From the NCBI RefSeq assembly GCF_009914755.1, contig NC_060925.1: a stretch of DNA of 64,000 nt. The stretch is one strand, 5' to 3'. Below are positions 12,643 through 27,427 of this stretch, piece after piece (the stretch's first letter is position 1; each line of letters begins with the position of its first letter). The notes below the pieces were generated by a model, which was not told the DNA's origin, did not search any database, and saw only the letters and a program-made list of their open reading frames with translations. The DNA is from the human T2T-CHM13v2.0 reference genome, Homo sapiens. The translations under genes and the position numbers were made by a program.

Positions 12643-13264
12643 TGTTGTAGTCGCCTTAGTCCTTAGTTCAGCTGGCTTAGTCCTTAGTTCAGCTGTGTCT
12701 GAGTTCTTGTGTCATGACCAAGAATAAGGCACATAGGCATCAGAGAATGAGTAGAGTAGGATTACTTAAGAAATAAGAAATCTTTCAGCAAAGAGAGGGT
12801 GCTTGAGAGCAGGTTGCCAGAGATGGGGCTAAATTCTGGGTGTTTTATGTGGCAAGCAGAAGCAAGTCTTCTGTTGGTTCTGCCCAATATGGGAGGGGTA
12901 AAGTTTCCCCCAAAGGTGTTGCATCTGCACATGCCTGGGGTTGGCTAGAGTGACTTCATCTTGGTTAATACCAATGAGTGCCTAAGTGAAACCCATGGTA
13001 GGTGGGGCTAACAATCACAATGTTCATGTCATATTAATAATATTTTAATGAGTTGGGTCAAGTTAAGAACATTTAGGCTGACTTATTGTACCTGCGCCTA
13101 AGTTGGGATCACCCCTTCTGAGCAAATCCTGACATAAGGAAAAATTTTTAACCCATTTCTTCCTGTTAGCTACAGGGGCAGTGCAGGTGTGGTCCCATGG
13201 GTATTTTTCCACTCCCAAGACCTTCCTTATTTGCCTAACCAACATCTAACTGCTTCCTCTCTCA
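12643..13264 (-). mobile_element. 5' LTR of the provirus (LTR9/MER61/LTR25 group)
   Basis: Minus strand reads TGAGAGAGGAAG...CTACAACA and is followed by the PBS. Confidence 0.88.
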
Positions 13265-13289
13265 ATTATATTAACAGTTGTTAGAATTA

Positions 13290-13690
13290 CCTCACAGTTG
13301 TTAGAATGACTATTGTAAATAAGCCACAGGTAAGTTTTGGCAAGGGTGTGATGTAAAGGGAACTCTTGCACCGGTTGGTTGTGATAGAAATTAGTATAAG
13401 CATTATAGAAAGTAGTATGGAGCTTCCTCAAAAAAATAATAGAATGACTATATGATGCAGCAAGCCTACTACTATGTACCCAAAGGAAATAAAATCAGTA
13501 CATCAAAGATATATTTGTACTCTCATGTTCATTGCAGCATTATTTACAAATGCCAAGATATGGAATCAATTTATGAATAAAGCAAACCTATTATATATAC
13601 ATAATAGAACACTATTCAGCCATAACAAAAGAAGAAAATCCTGTCATTTGTGATAACCTGGATAAACCTTGATGATATTATATTGAGACA
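13290..13690 (+). mobile_element. L1M (MA/MB) ORF2 end/3'UTR fragment
   Basis: AAAGGGAACTCTTGCAC ... ATGTTCATTGCAGCATTATTTACAA ... ATCCTGTCATTTG. Confidence 0.75.
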
Positions 13691-14049
13691 GTAAATTTAA
13701 TAATGGAGTGTTGACTAGTAAGTGGGGGAATCAGTACATATCCTGTATCATTTATTTGATAGTGTAAGTAAAAAAAAGTTACTTCTGTTAAAGAGGGAAA
13801 TCTTTTTTTGATATTTAAGCTTGAAAAATCATGAAACATTACAAATAGAAACATACAGATGATTGTTTATTATTATATTGTTTGCAATATTAGACAATAG
13901 GAAATGTAATATTTGACCAACAATAGAGGAATGGTTTAGTAAGTGTAACATTACACTTTCACGTACTATACATCTATTAAAGTAATGAATTAGGTCTAAG
14001 AATAATAGCATTGATAGATCTCCAGTGCTTCCTAGTCCCTCAACATTTA

Positions 14050-15130
14050 GATGTAATCAAGAAGAGTAAAAATAAGCAAAGCAGAAGTGACCAGAAAGGA
14101 GACTGGAAAACCATCAGTGTGTGATATTTTGGAAATCATATTAAAAAAATTCTAAGACAGAATGATCAAATAAGCTGAAAACTGAAAATCAAACCTTAGA
14201 TTTAGCAATATGACACTCGTTGCTGACCATAACACATTGATTTATTTTAGGAACTGGGTAGGAAAGTCTGAAGAAAGCACACTCAGGAATGAAAGCAGAG
14301 ATTTAAAATCAGAATGAATAGTTATTGCCTAATAGAAATTTATTATAAAGTAGAGCATAAAATAGGTTGATATTTTGAGGGTAAACTATCATAACATTTT
14401 TTTTTCTTTTTCCTAATGTTGAAAAAAATATAGTTCATTGATATGCTTATGCATATATTGAATAGAGAAGGAAATTTACAGATGCCGGAGAGAGCGGGTT
14501 GAAATCCTTTACTTCATAGAGTAGGACAATGATAATGGTATCTAGTGCAAAGGGGAGGAGTAGCTTTGAACAAGAGCAAAAACAGTTTATCCACAATAGT
14601 AGAAGATATGTGGGAGCATATAAACACAGAATTTACTTCCCAAAATATATGAATGTAAATATTTTAACAATAAAGTCAATATTGCTTTGATTGTTGGATT
14701 AGCAATGTCAAAGGAGGATGAGCTGGCGAAAGAAGGTAGTGGTGGGAGGCTGCTATACTTGCAATTAAGAGGAGATTGAAGGTATTAACAATGAAAAAGT
14801 CTAGTTTTGATGTCAGAGGTGTAAAGGGTTTATGGAAGATTGAAAGGGACATTGAGTGAGAAGTCATAAAGGATGATTTAGTGGATTCTGAAGTAGATAA
14901 GATCTATGACGAAAATGGTGGAAAGAGTAATATTTCCCCTGTGACTAAAATCTCTAAGAAACGAGAGGGTGTGATTCAGTCACTTGTGAATGATGACAAC
15001 AAGGAAAACTGGGTATTATCATCTAATAATCTGAGAGTTAAATGGGGTAGTTGGTGTATATACACCTACAATTCAACAGTGCCACAGCAGAAGCAGAGTC
15101 TGCAATGTAGAGCCCAGCTTAACTTAAAGC
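14050..15130 (-). mobile_element. Degraded L2 LINE
   Basis: Purine-rich plus strand with GATTTAGCAATATG..CGTTGCTGACC, resembling the L2 antisense pattern; ends approximate. Confidence 0.5.
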
Positions 15131-16879
15131 AGGATAATGCTTAAAGATACATGAATACAGTTTATAATAGGATATCTTTTCTAAACTATAGGAGTTTTGT
15201 ATGCTTCTCTTTATAAAAATAAAACTGTTTAATTTAAAAGTTAGAATTAGGGACATTTTCTCTAAATGTCAGATATGTTTTTGAACACACACATTTGTAG
15301 AATATATGCATGTACACACATATAAGTCACATACATATATTTGAACATATAAATATTGACATCTATACTTTGTTACATAAATGCATATATATGTACCTCC
15401 TACATTTCAAGTGTTGGGCCAGTAACTACAAAAAGAGGGAAAAATTCATAATAAATGATTTTCACTCAAGATTATAATTTATTGGGAGACACTATTTTAA
15501 AATATATGAGTGAAATAAGTAAATAAATAATACAAATTTTCTAATAATAACACACAGGTTAGTTGGAGGAACACATATATAAGTAAATATGTGATAAAAA
15601 TGAAGTTATCTGTACTACGGTAGGGCTGATAGAAACTTTATTATTCTATTTAGGCTGAAAGAAAGGAAGCAGTGGAAAAAAGTGAAAATTCAATTTATAT
15701 GAAGAAGAGTATGTAAATGGTATCTAATAAAGCAGAAAATATAAAATTATATACACAGGGAAGAAGTATTAGCCATGTTGGTAATCATGGGAAAGGAAAT
15801 AACAGCAAGCAGAGATACAACTTTGGGCCATCAAGAGAAGCGAGATAGAGATAGATAATTTTCAGTAACCTCCATGTTCTACTTAAGTAATAAGCTTTGT
15901 AATCTCTAGGATTACACAAAATTAGCATAATTAATAATATCTTAAAGATTCAGGTGACCATGAATTACATCTAGCAGCTGTACAGTAAATAGTAAGTGGT
16001 GAGACTGGATATTATTTTCGCAGGACTGTTGAATCTCTAAATATATTTCCTTCTATGGGATAACTTACTATCCCAAATATAGCCATGAATCAGCAAAATT
16101 GCTAGATTCTACATACTGGATCATACTTAAGAATCAATGTGGGGCATTACAGAAACATGTAATTGAACCCATGCATGAAGATTAGATTTTAAGGTCAAGC
16201 ATGATACAGAAACAAGGATCAATAAATTAGATCTTGATAATATATATAAATATATATGAATATTTATATATCAAATATAAATGTGAGTATATATGAATGT
16301 TAATGTATATTAAATACAAATATATGTGTGTATACTTAAGACTAAAGCATGAATTTAATAAATCCAGAAATAATAGTAATGAAATTATTCTTTACCTTTA
16401 ATATTATCTTTATTTATAAAGTTATTATATGCAATATATATATTTACAGTACACCAAAGTTTTAACATTTTTAATGTTCGGTTCAGTTAAATTTAACTAA
16501 TAATGGTAATGCCAATCAAAGTAAAATTATGGGCTACACAGCATGCAAGAGCATGAAATATAATTTCTTTGCTAAAGGTAAAAATTCAAAGAGATTTGGC
16601 ATAATTGTAAAGCTTGTGTAAAGCTTATGTCCAATCCCCTCTATTCCCATGAAATTGGCAGACATTATGAATTTAATTTTCATTGCTCCCTTCGGTGCTT
16701 TGTTGGAGATATGAACAAGTTATGAATTTAGTAAAACTAGTGTGAGCAGCAGGAACTTAATCAATTTACTGTATACATTTTTCTCTCTGTGCTCATTTCT
16801 TTTCCTACTCTCAGCTTTAAATACAGACATTTCACACATTCCATTTTGTTGTTAAGCTATTTAACCTAACAGTCTCACC

Positions 16880-17420
16880 ATTTAAGAAAATAATTACATG
16901 TTTGAATTACATTGCCTCATTGAAGGGATCAGGCTAGTTTTCTGTAGATTTTTCTACACTTTGGATTTGTCTGACTGTTTCTAAAAAATGTAACTAAATT
17001 TAAGTTAAACATCCCTGGTGAACTCCACATAGGTAAAATACTGCATTCTACATATTATATCATACCGGGACACACATAAAATGACCAGTTCCCACTTACT
17101 GGTGCTAGAATTTATCAGCTGGTTAAGGTAGTGACTGCCTTTGTAAATGTACTTTCACCAGCCCCACCACCTGAATTTGCTGGCAATCTGTAAAGTGATG
17201 TTTTGGCATCTTATAAGTTCCCTGTTTTTCAATTATTCTTTACTTAATGGGTTTAGCAGTCGTGATGACTCTTAATTCTATAATTACATAAAAATTGCAA
17301 AATGAAAGTTTCCTAATTTCATCATTAATTTTATAACTATTAGCTAGAGCTGTGTTAAGAGTTTTCTTTTACACAGTGGAGATGTATAGTTTCAACTAGA
17401 AACAAAAGATAAATGCTAAA
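16880..17420 (-). mobile_element. L1MC-like 3' fragment
   Basis: GGCTAGTTTTCTGTAGA..TTGGATTTGTCTGACTGTTTC resembles recalled L1MC4/5 3'UTR. Confidence 0.55.
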
Positions 17421-18009
17421 TGATTGTTCTTTAAATTTACGTAAGTTTATTAAGGGTATTTTTGTATAATGAGACAAACTTCTTATATTTAAAGTGTTTG
17501 ACTTAAAGTTTTTTTTTTTTTTTTTAATTTTAGTGCCAGGGCATATTTTGAATTCTGTGGTCCATAAACTACTGGAAAGTTTTATGGAAATCTCTGCTAG
17601 GGCAATCTTCCAAGAAATTACAGTCTTGTCATCAGCTGAACTCTTTAAAACTATGCAAACTCCTCATCAGCAGAGGAGTCAAGAAGGCCTTTCAGAGTTG
17701 GAAACTGATGCTAAAATAATGAGCCATTATTCCTAAAATATAAAAATGTAGCCTCATTACTGGAAAGTTTTTGGTTGTGATTTTCAGTGTGTTACTAGTC
17801 ATGTGACTTGAAAGAGTTACCTAAAAACCTTCTAGAGCTAATTTTATATCTGCACATAATGATAAAATCACTTACCTCATAGAGCTGCTAGCCAAAAACA
17901 TATGTGTTATTATGTAGTATTTTGAAATTACATATTTTATACAATAGAATATTATATACACACATGTATATTAAACTTGTTTACTGCTGAGAAATGTAAA
18001 GAAAAACAA

Positions 18010-18600
18010 CTTTGAAAGTGGTTTGGTAGTATGCACTAAAGCTTAATGTATGCACACCTTAGAACTCCACAATTAAACTCCTAGGTATATAGTCATCAGA
18101 AAGACATGTATATTTACAATAAAATATGTATAAGCATACTAACATTAGTACTATTCATGATAGTCATAAATTAGAAATTAAACAAATGCTCGCGAGCACC
18201 AGAATGAATAAATAAATCATGTTATATTCACGAAGGAAACATTACATAGAAAAATGAACTAGTTACAATTTTACTGAATTATATGGGAAAAGCTCACCAA
18301 TATATGAGAAGGAAAGGTTTAAAACACAACAGGACACATAAGGTATAATCCATTTTATATAAATTTTTAAAACAGTAATATCTATGGTGCAAGAAGTTTA
18401 TCCCTTCTGATGCCATGACTGAAAAGTGGCACAACGGCCAATTCTGAATTTGAGTTAGGCTTAGGGTTATATTTGGGGTCAGATTCTGCTTCTTGACTGA
18501 GGGATTTTAAAAAATTAATCACAAGTGTGTTCACTTTTTAAAAATTAACCAAGCTCTACAAACATTGAACTTTTTTGCGTGTATTGTGTACTTTGAAAAA
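18010..18600 (+). mobile_element. L1ME-like 3' fragment
   Basis: CAATTAAACTCCTAGGTATATA ... CTATTCATGATAG ... ATAATCCATTTTATATAAA pattern. Confidence 0.55.
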
Positions 18601-19530
18601 AAGTGTTAAAAACTTTGTATAAAATGTCTAATGGTGTTTGACACATAGAAGAAACCTTGTAAAGTTTGCACATTTTTCACTTTCTTATAAATAATGAAGC
18701 TAAGACAAAGATAAACAGATGATCTCTTTGGCCAGAGCTTTATTACTTTTTGGAACACAGTTGGTTTGATTTTGCTAGCCCTTTTGTGTTTAAAAAACAA
18801 AATGTAATTTACTGATATACTCTTTCAGTTTGATTTTCTATAGACAAATCTCACAAATAATGTTAAAATGTAGAAGACTGATTTTGCAACTCAGAAATAA
18901 CATTTAAAATACAGGCAGTATTTCATCCTTTGTATCACCTAATCGAATGAGTTATCTGGCACGAAACAGATTGGTTTTGAATTCTTTTAATTTTTTTTGT
19001 CAAATTTTAAAAGTTGTGTTATGTTTTCAGCTTTTAAAGGGTTTAAATTGCAGTTGTCCTCCTCAACAAAGTGTGGTTAAAATTCGTGACTAATATAAAA
19101 ATATAACCTGTGCTAATTTAAAATGAGAGCTGTAAATTTTATTTGTAGATGTGATTAATGTAGAGGGATTTGCATAATAATCACTTTTCTAAAAATGCAT
19201 ATGCATAGGTGAAACCACTGGTTGTTCCTATTTAAATACACATACATGATGATATACATTTGGAATGCAAATATAAATATTAGTAAACTTAATAGTGATA
19301 TTTTATATATTATATATACACTTCATTATTATTCATAGAAATCAAATACTTTTGATATTTTAATTCCTATTGGAGTAGGTTTCTATAATATTCATATAAT
19401 TAGGTTTAAAAATTGTGTTTTTCTAATTCGTAGGATGCAAATAAACATTAGTCCTTCTGTTACTGGACTAATGTGTTACTGAATGAAATTAATTTTTTAA
19501 AAGATTTAGAGAGGTTATAAAAAATATTCA

Positions 19531-19887
<357 letters not shown>

Positions 19888-20958
19888 TTATGTAATCAGA
19901 AATAAGAGGATGGATAATAACAAAAAAAAATGAGCTTTTAAATATCCATTGCCACTATTTCCTTATGGAATGAATATGGATACATAGTTTCATTACATAA
20001 ATATAGACTATCTGTGTAGACTATTATATTTAAAAATATTCTATGGAACACAGAAAGTATGAGTATTTTTCTGCATACATTTTTGAAGGCACAAGTAAAC
20101 CAATTGGGGGCAGATTTAAATTAAAAGAAAACACAAAAAATTAGACCCCTTGAAATAATGCATTTTGTTTTCCAAGGCTCTAGCAATTTTAATTACTAAT
20201 ATTTGATATTGACTCAATTTTACACTAATCACTATGCTATTTAACTTATGACTTGGCACTGTGTATTATTGTGTGCTGTTTAAATGTCACATAATCTAAT
20301 CAAACTGTGTGTAAATTTGGTCCCTTGTGTGAGCAAAAAGTAAACTATTAGTGAAAAAACTTCTTATATATTTCAGATTTTCTGCTTTACCATGTTTACC
20401 AATCACAGATGCTTGATTTTAAATATTCATCAACATGAAGAACATACATTATAAATGATCTCCAAGAGAGATTAGGATGAAAAGTAAGTAGTGAAGTACT
20501 TAATGGTAAGACAATGGAGATATTAAAAATTTCCTTCAAATGAAGATAATAAGAATTACAGTACTTTACTAAAGTTAACTGACAGATTATTGGAATCAAT
20601 TCTTGTAGATAATTTATAATCCACTTTTCTTTATTCTAGAATTATTTCCACAATAAAATTGAAAGGATTCAATTCATTTTTATCCTTGAAATTGGCATAA
20701 TAAAAGGAAAACATTCTATAAAGCACTGGATATAACAATTCTTACAAATTATATCAATCTATTTTTTTCTAGAAGCCTTCTCTTATAGTGACATATATAT
20801 CTTATAATTACGTGCCATTTAAACTGCTATTTGACACAACTGTTTAAAATTTTTCACTAATTTTCCAAAATGTATATTTTGAAAATTTGACAATCTACTA
20901 AATTACTGAAAAGTTTGCCTTTATATGTCTTTGATTTTTCTTTTCCTCATATCACAAA

Positions 20959-21033
20959 CTTTTTTTTCTTTCTTTCTTTACTTACTTATTTATTTTCTGA
21001 GATGGAGTTTCACTCTTGTTGCCCAGGCTAGAG
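20959..21033 (-). mobile_element. Severely 5'-truncated Alu (tail + ~35 bp)
   Basis: T-rich tail followed by TGAGATGGAGTTTCACTCTTGTTGCCCAGGCTAGAG, then similarity stops. Confidence 0.8.
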
Positions 21034-23055
21034 AATTGTTTTCTTTTTCTAATTCTCCATATTTTCTGAAAGTCTAGTATTTATTTTTTTCCTTTCCCTA
21101 ACCTACACCATATTCTTCATTAAGTCCTATTGATTATTGTCAACAAATAGATTTAAAATGTATGCGTTATTTTCCATATCCTCTGCCAATGTCTTATCCC
21201 CCAATGATGATAATCTTCTATGAGATAGATCACTATCCACTGTTAACTATATTCTTGATTCTACTCTTAACTCTCTATTAATTTTTAAAATATTGTTACT
21301 CAACATTATGATTTAAAATGTTTAATTAGTCTGCTGATTTTCTATCATAGCATGGATATCTCTGTTGTGTTATCCATAAGCTAAAACTAACAATGTGAGT
21401 GCAGTAGTACTTGTGAGGGACATACAATTTCACAGTCAATTTTTACTTTGTGGAAGAATTGATGTCTTTTTTAATATGTTTGCTATAAGTCAACCAGAAA
21501 AGAAAAAAAATAGAGTAATACTTGTTCATTTTTGTTTGTAACCATACAGTGTTGAGAAAAATATTAAACTACCATTTACAACATAGCTTGTGAAATATAT
21601 ATGTATTTATATATATTTATGTATAAATATGTATTTTGTTTAAATTGTTATATATAAATACATGTATATTTATATATGTATATAAATTTGTTATATGAAG
21701 TTTGAATGTCCTATTCCAAAAATTTATCCTTAGAGATGAATAACTTGCCAAAGTTTATCCATTCCTTCTGAGCCTAAAAAGTGGTGTTTCTTGTATAAAA
21801 TTCCCTTTCTAGTATGCACATTGAAAAACAGATTTATTCTTCAATGTTTTGATATCTCAACAGAAAAGTGACTAAGCAATATTAGACATGTTGAAACAAT
21901 TTAAGACTTGGACATTTTCTTTGAAAACATTAATTGAATATTTTTCTTTTTAATACACATAAAATAGTATTAGGTACTATGAGAGTTTTGCTGAGGCATT
22001 ATGATTTCATAAAGCAAAGGAAAGTATGCCAGTTTACCAGGAATACCAATTTATAATGCCATGTAGCTCAATCTTTTCAAATAACAGTCTAACACATTTA
22101 TTCTACTATACCAAAAACTGCCAACCACTGCATTAAATCTCAGGAATATTCATGAAACATAGTACTTCATTTTTTTTTTTTTTTACTGTTACAACACATA
22201 GTTTTAAATATGGCAAAGACTACGTAAATGTAAGTCTTGTAAATGCATTGTTTTGAATTCATTCCGTCTTTGATATTCTATTTTTCTCATTTGTTGTTTT
22301 GTTTTCTAGAGACTTAAAATGAGTATTTTTGATTCCATTCTCTTAATCTCTATGAGTATAATCTGGCTACACAATCTCAGGTAAAATAGACTAGAATGTA
22401 GGAAATACTAATGAGAAAACATGCTTTTATGGTTACCTAATCTCTAAGAAAGAAGGGTTAACAAAGAACAATAAGAAACTATCTGTATATAACTGGTTGA
22501 AAACAAGGATGATTTATCTTTAAAAAAAGAAATTCAACTTGCAGATAAAATAATTATTGTCTTATGTCTCAATTTGCTTGCTGAAATTATAGTACATTTA
22601 TGGTGTTAAACATCCTCATTTAGGAAAAGACAATCATTCTATTTACTCTCTGTGACCAAACTATTAGTCACTACTACATATTGACTTTTTTTCTGATTTT
22701 TTTTTATCAGAAAAATATAATTGGTAGTATTAACTTAGAAAAAAAAACAAGGGTTAATTACATAAATAAAATTAGAAGAATGGTTTACAAATTTTTAATG
22801 CCCTTATACATACTCATTATATAAAGTCTCATTTGGCAAATTTAATCTACAATATTACAGCTACCTATTTGCAACTGTGATTGATGAAGCTTTTGGAATA
22901 TACAAATACCATTCAATATTAATTTTACATACTATATACTTTCACCAACATTATGTTGCATATTATCCCATAATATCTGACACATACAAGATTTAATTCC
23001 TCGTATTAGAACTTAGGAGGAAAATATTTGTAACTGATTTCCTAAAAGCAAAAGC

Positions 23056-23354
23056 GGCTGAGCACGGTGGCTCACACCTCTAATACCAGCACTCTGGGAG
23101 GCAGAGGCGGGCAGATCTCTTAAGGTCAGCCTGGCCAAAATGGTGAAGCACTATCTCTACCAAAAATATAAAAAATTAGCCAGGTGTGGTGGTGTGCGCC
23201 TGTAATTCTAGCTACTCAGGAGGCTGAGGCAAGAGAATCGTTGGAACCTCCGAGGTGGAGGTTGCAGCGAGCCGAGAACCTGCCACTGCACTCCAGCCTG
23301 GGCGATGGAGCGAGATTCTGTCAAAAATAAAATTAAAATAAAATAAAATAAAAT
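23056..23354 (+). mobile_element. AluS-type element lacking the B box
   Basis: Full dimer with (TAAAA)n tail; GGTCAG joined directly to CCTGGCC; approximate TSD AGCAAAAG on both sides. Confidence 0.92.
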
Positions 23355-26199
23355 AGCAAAAGTAAATTTGGAAGGTAGGAGAGGTAGATCAGAGCTTTTA
23401 GACAAGTCAGAAAACTTATAACTCTGGGCACAAACTTTCTTTTGATTATGGTTTAAATAATCCACATTATGCTGTGAACTCTGTGAGCGAGACACCTTGT
23501 CTAGTGTGACCACTATTGTGTCTGGTTTTTAATATACTCATCAAATATATTCAAATATATCTTGAATGCATGAATAAATGATCTAATTTACCAATTATAA
23601 TATATTTCACCATTGTAATTATAGAAAATAGTAACCAAAATTAATAGGTAAATCTTTTAAATTTTTGATATATGATTTTATTTAGCTAATGCATGTACAA
23701 TTATTAATAAAGTTATTTTATCCCCTTAATATTTCCTATAAATACAAGATAAAGTAAGGTGTCCACCTCATTTCTCAATTTCTCATCAAAATTCAAGTGA
23801 AAAATAGCTTTTTGCTTATAACTATAATCTAAGAAATAAGGCTTTGCTGTTTTGAATGTAAGATAGACTGGAAAAGCAGAGGCCTATTTTTTTTTCTAAA
23901 TGTATTATAAACAATTATACTTGTCTTAAGTTTATGTCATAACATTACTTCATAGGAGCATATCTCAAGTTCACATTTTAAAAGTTATTTTTTGTAATAT
24001 ACAGTAATTTTAATTTCTAAGGTCAAATGTAAGTAACTTTGGAGATAACAATGTTGAAGAAAATAAACTTTTCCTTTTAAATAAATCATTTTCCCAAAGT
24101 AGATATCACTATTTTTAAAGTGCCTAAACCACAAGAATATTATAAATGAAGAGATGTCATTCTAGTAATTGTTTTTACCCAATACTTACGTCTTTTTTAA
24201 GCCTTTGGTGTAGGTAGAAGCATGGTTTAACTTCATAAGTATATGAAACAACTTCATATAAATTTTATACCAATTTTAGTTGTATAAAATATCTTTGCTA
24301 GTTTAAATTAATAAGATGCTTTCTTCTACTAACTACTTAAAATACAACTTTTTCTAGGCACTTGAATTAGAATCAATATTTACTTACTTGTGAATAACAA
24401 GCTGATGGTTTACTACCTTATGGAAGCATATTTTCATTAAGCTTTAGTCAATTATGATATCATAGTCATTGAATGATAACAAGTAGCTTTCTCCCAAGGT
24501 TCCACATCACTGAAATAGTTTGCATCCGACATTATGTCATAGACTTTACCATTTTTCCATAAGATAATTTATTTTTTAAGTGAAATTAGGAACTTTTTAA
24601 CTGTAAATCTATATTTGCAACATCAAAAACAGCTGATTATTCAGCCAGTGAAAATCTACTCTATAGCATGATTCACAGAGAAGGAATTAAATCACGAATA
24701 CCAAAAATAAAAAAAAATCTTGTCCTAACATTGTGATAATAATTATTATTTATTTAATCTAGTCATTTTTAATGCAAATTATTTTCCTGCCATTGTTGTG
24801 GTCTACTTAGTGTTGGGCATACTTTCTTTTTTCATTTTACTTTAAAATTGGAGACATTTTACTTATTACAAAATCTTCATAAACAATAGAATATTTGACC
24901 GTTAAGTTAAGGACACCTCATTTTGTTAGTGTTGAAATTATATAACAGAATTAGCAAGTAAACCTAGCTTTGAAATGTTTGATAGTAATTAAGCTACTAT
25001 AAGATACATACTGTTTGCTGCTTGTTTTTTAGTTTCATAGCCCTTTTAAAAATGTGTTTAGTGAGCATACGTCATGGATTGTGAAATGAATTGTAGGGAA
25101 TATAAAAATGTCTCAATTCAAGGTTTCTATTTGTAAAATGATACAAAAATGGACATTAGTAACTATATTTCAAAATAAAATTAAATCACAAAAAATGGAC
25201 TAAAATAAATAGGAAATTTTTGAAATACAGGCTAGGTTTGTGAGAGCTTATGTATATAATTTAAAAAATAAAGGAGGAAATTTTAATAATGTGTGCCTTG
25301 GAATTCAGGTGGGATTTGGACAAGAGGTTATCAGAGAGAAAATGGGCTGTTGCAAGCTGGAAAGAATAGGGAATAGAATGAGTTAAGCATATTAAAGACA
25401 GACATTGAATTTTCATGAGGAAAAACATAAGAAAACCTTGTATAGTTCAATAATTTAGAAAATGATGTTCAAAAATATAGGTGGAGTCATGCACCACCTT
25501 GAAAAATGCACGAGATTTTAATATAGAAAGTGACGAATGGTTAGATTAAACATGTCTCAGTTGAGTCACTGCTTTGTGCCAAACATTTTATTAGGTTCGG
25601 AATTTGATTGATGAATAAAAAAATCCATACTCTCACAGGGATGAAAATCTAAACCATGTGCTAAGGAAGTAAATTCTCAATTACAAAACAGCAGGATAAA
25701 TTCTATACCAAAATTAGGTACTAGTTGCTAAGGAACCAAATAAAGTGCCTATCTCCTAACTAGGACTTGAGTATGTATGGCTACATGCTATCAGTATTTT
25801 TATTAATTTTGCATGCTATAATCTGTCTTCACTGCTGTATTTTCTGACCATTAATATCTGGATCTTATTTTACTTTTAGTAAATAACAATAAATATCAGT
25901 GTCTAGTATACAATAAATGTTCTCTCTATATAAAGGATATTAGTGATTATAAGAGATTAGGGAAGAAGAAAAAAGATATATAATGCATTATATAGGATTT
26001 GAAACATTATTAAATACATAAAAACTGTACTGAATGCTTTCTGCTATTTTGTAGTAATTTAGTAATATTTTAAAATTTGTTTACCTGTTTATCCATCCAT
26101 ACACACACAGAGTATATACGTGTATGTGTGTGTATATGCATGGGTGTGTGCACGTATGAAAGCCATGCAAGTATACTACTCTATTCACGCACACCCTAT

Positions 26200-26420
26200 T
26201 TCATTCATTTATTCATTCGTTCAGTGAATCAATGATTTATTGAAATAGAGTGTGCATCTAAAAGGTTATTAGGAGATACATAAGGAACAGTGTCTGTCAC
26301 TAAAGTACTAAGAATTTAGCTGGGAATATAGACACATAAATAAATGAATATATCTGTTACAAATGCCAAATATTATGATTGAAATATGCACAAACTGTCA
26401 GGGGAACAAATATGGGAAAT
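26200..26420 (-). mobile_element. L2 3' end
   Basis: (CATT)n tail followed by ATTTATTGA..TGTGC..TAGGAGATACA. Confidence 0.6.
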
Positions 26421-27001
26421 CACAGTAGATTAACAAATGCACACAAATTATCTGAAACTAAGGCAACAAAAATATGGTCTATATTATTATCAGATGTGTG
26501 TATGTGTGTGTATATTTGGAATGATGATTTTATTATCTACTACTATCAATAAAGTATTTACCAATTTTTTATTCTACTAATTTCATTATGACTACAATTA
26601 GCTTAATACTCACTAATTTTTGTATTTTTAAAATTTAGAATGGTTTTAGATTTACAAAAATAAAGATGAAGATAGTACTGATGGCGCTCATATGCTCTGC
26701 ATCCAGGTTCCCCTGTTGTTGTATCAGTATGGTATACTGGTTAGAATTAATAAACAGATGTTGGCACAGTATTATCTATTTTTTTTCAAATTTCCTTAGT
26801 TCCCACCTGATGTCCTTTTTCTATTTCATTGTCCCATTAAGAATACCATGTTAAATTTTACTGCACTATCTGTGGGTTTCTTGTGATTTTAACAGTGTCC
26901 CAGACTTTCCTTGTATTTGACTATTGCAAGTTGGGAGTAGTAGTGGTCAGGTATTCTTCTCCATTGGGATTTTTCTGATGTTATTCTCATGATTGGGCTG
27001 G

Positions 27002-27427
27002 TGTCTTAGTCCATTTGTGTTGCTGTGAAACATACCTGAGGCTTCATAACTTATAAAGAAAAAAATTATTCAACTCTTGGTACTGCGGGCTGTACAAGAG
27101 ACACAGCACCAGCACCTGCTTCTGATGAGGGCCTCAAGCTGCTTCCGCTCACAGCAGAAGGCAAAGAGGAGCAATCATATGCAGAGATCACATGGTGAGA
27201 GAGCAAGCCAGAGGTGAAGAGGGGAGATGCCAGGCTCTTTTAAACAACCAACTCCTGTGGGAACTAATACAGTGAGAACTCACCCCACCTACCAAGAATG
27301 GCATTAATCTATTCATGAGGGATCTGACCCCATGACCCAAACGCCTCCTATTAGGCCACACCTCCAATCGTGGGGATCAAATATCCACATAAGGTTTGGG
27401 GAGGGGACAGACATCCAAATGATAGCA
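27002..27427 (-). mobile_element. MSTB-like MaLR solo LTR
   Basis: TGTCTTAGTCCATTTGTGTTGCT ... CATCCAAATGATAGCA; perfect 5-bp TSD GCTGG (26997-27001 / 27428-27432). Confidence 0.92.

Larger units (their letters stand above)
7029..13264 (-). mobile_element. Internally deleted ERV1 provirus, HUERS-P3-like
   Basis: Two related LTRs (7029-~7530 and 12643-13264), 4-bp TSD ATTA (7025-7028 / 13265-13268), Pro-like PBS, and RT, RNase H and env TM relics on the minus strand. Confidence 0.88.

Noticed and set aside
20377-20483. Possible exon (TTTCAG ... GTAAGT)
   Set aside because: Stops in all three frames, weak polypyrimidine tract and no partner exons; cannot be supported without RNA data.
22688-22715. 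10-bp hairpin TTTTTCTGAT/ATCAGAAAAA resembling a terminator
   Set aside because: Low-complexity AT stem expected by chance; intrinsic terminators are not relevant here.
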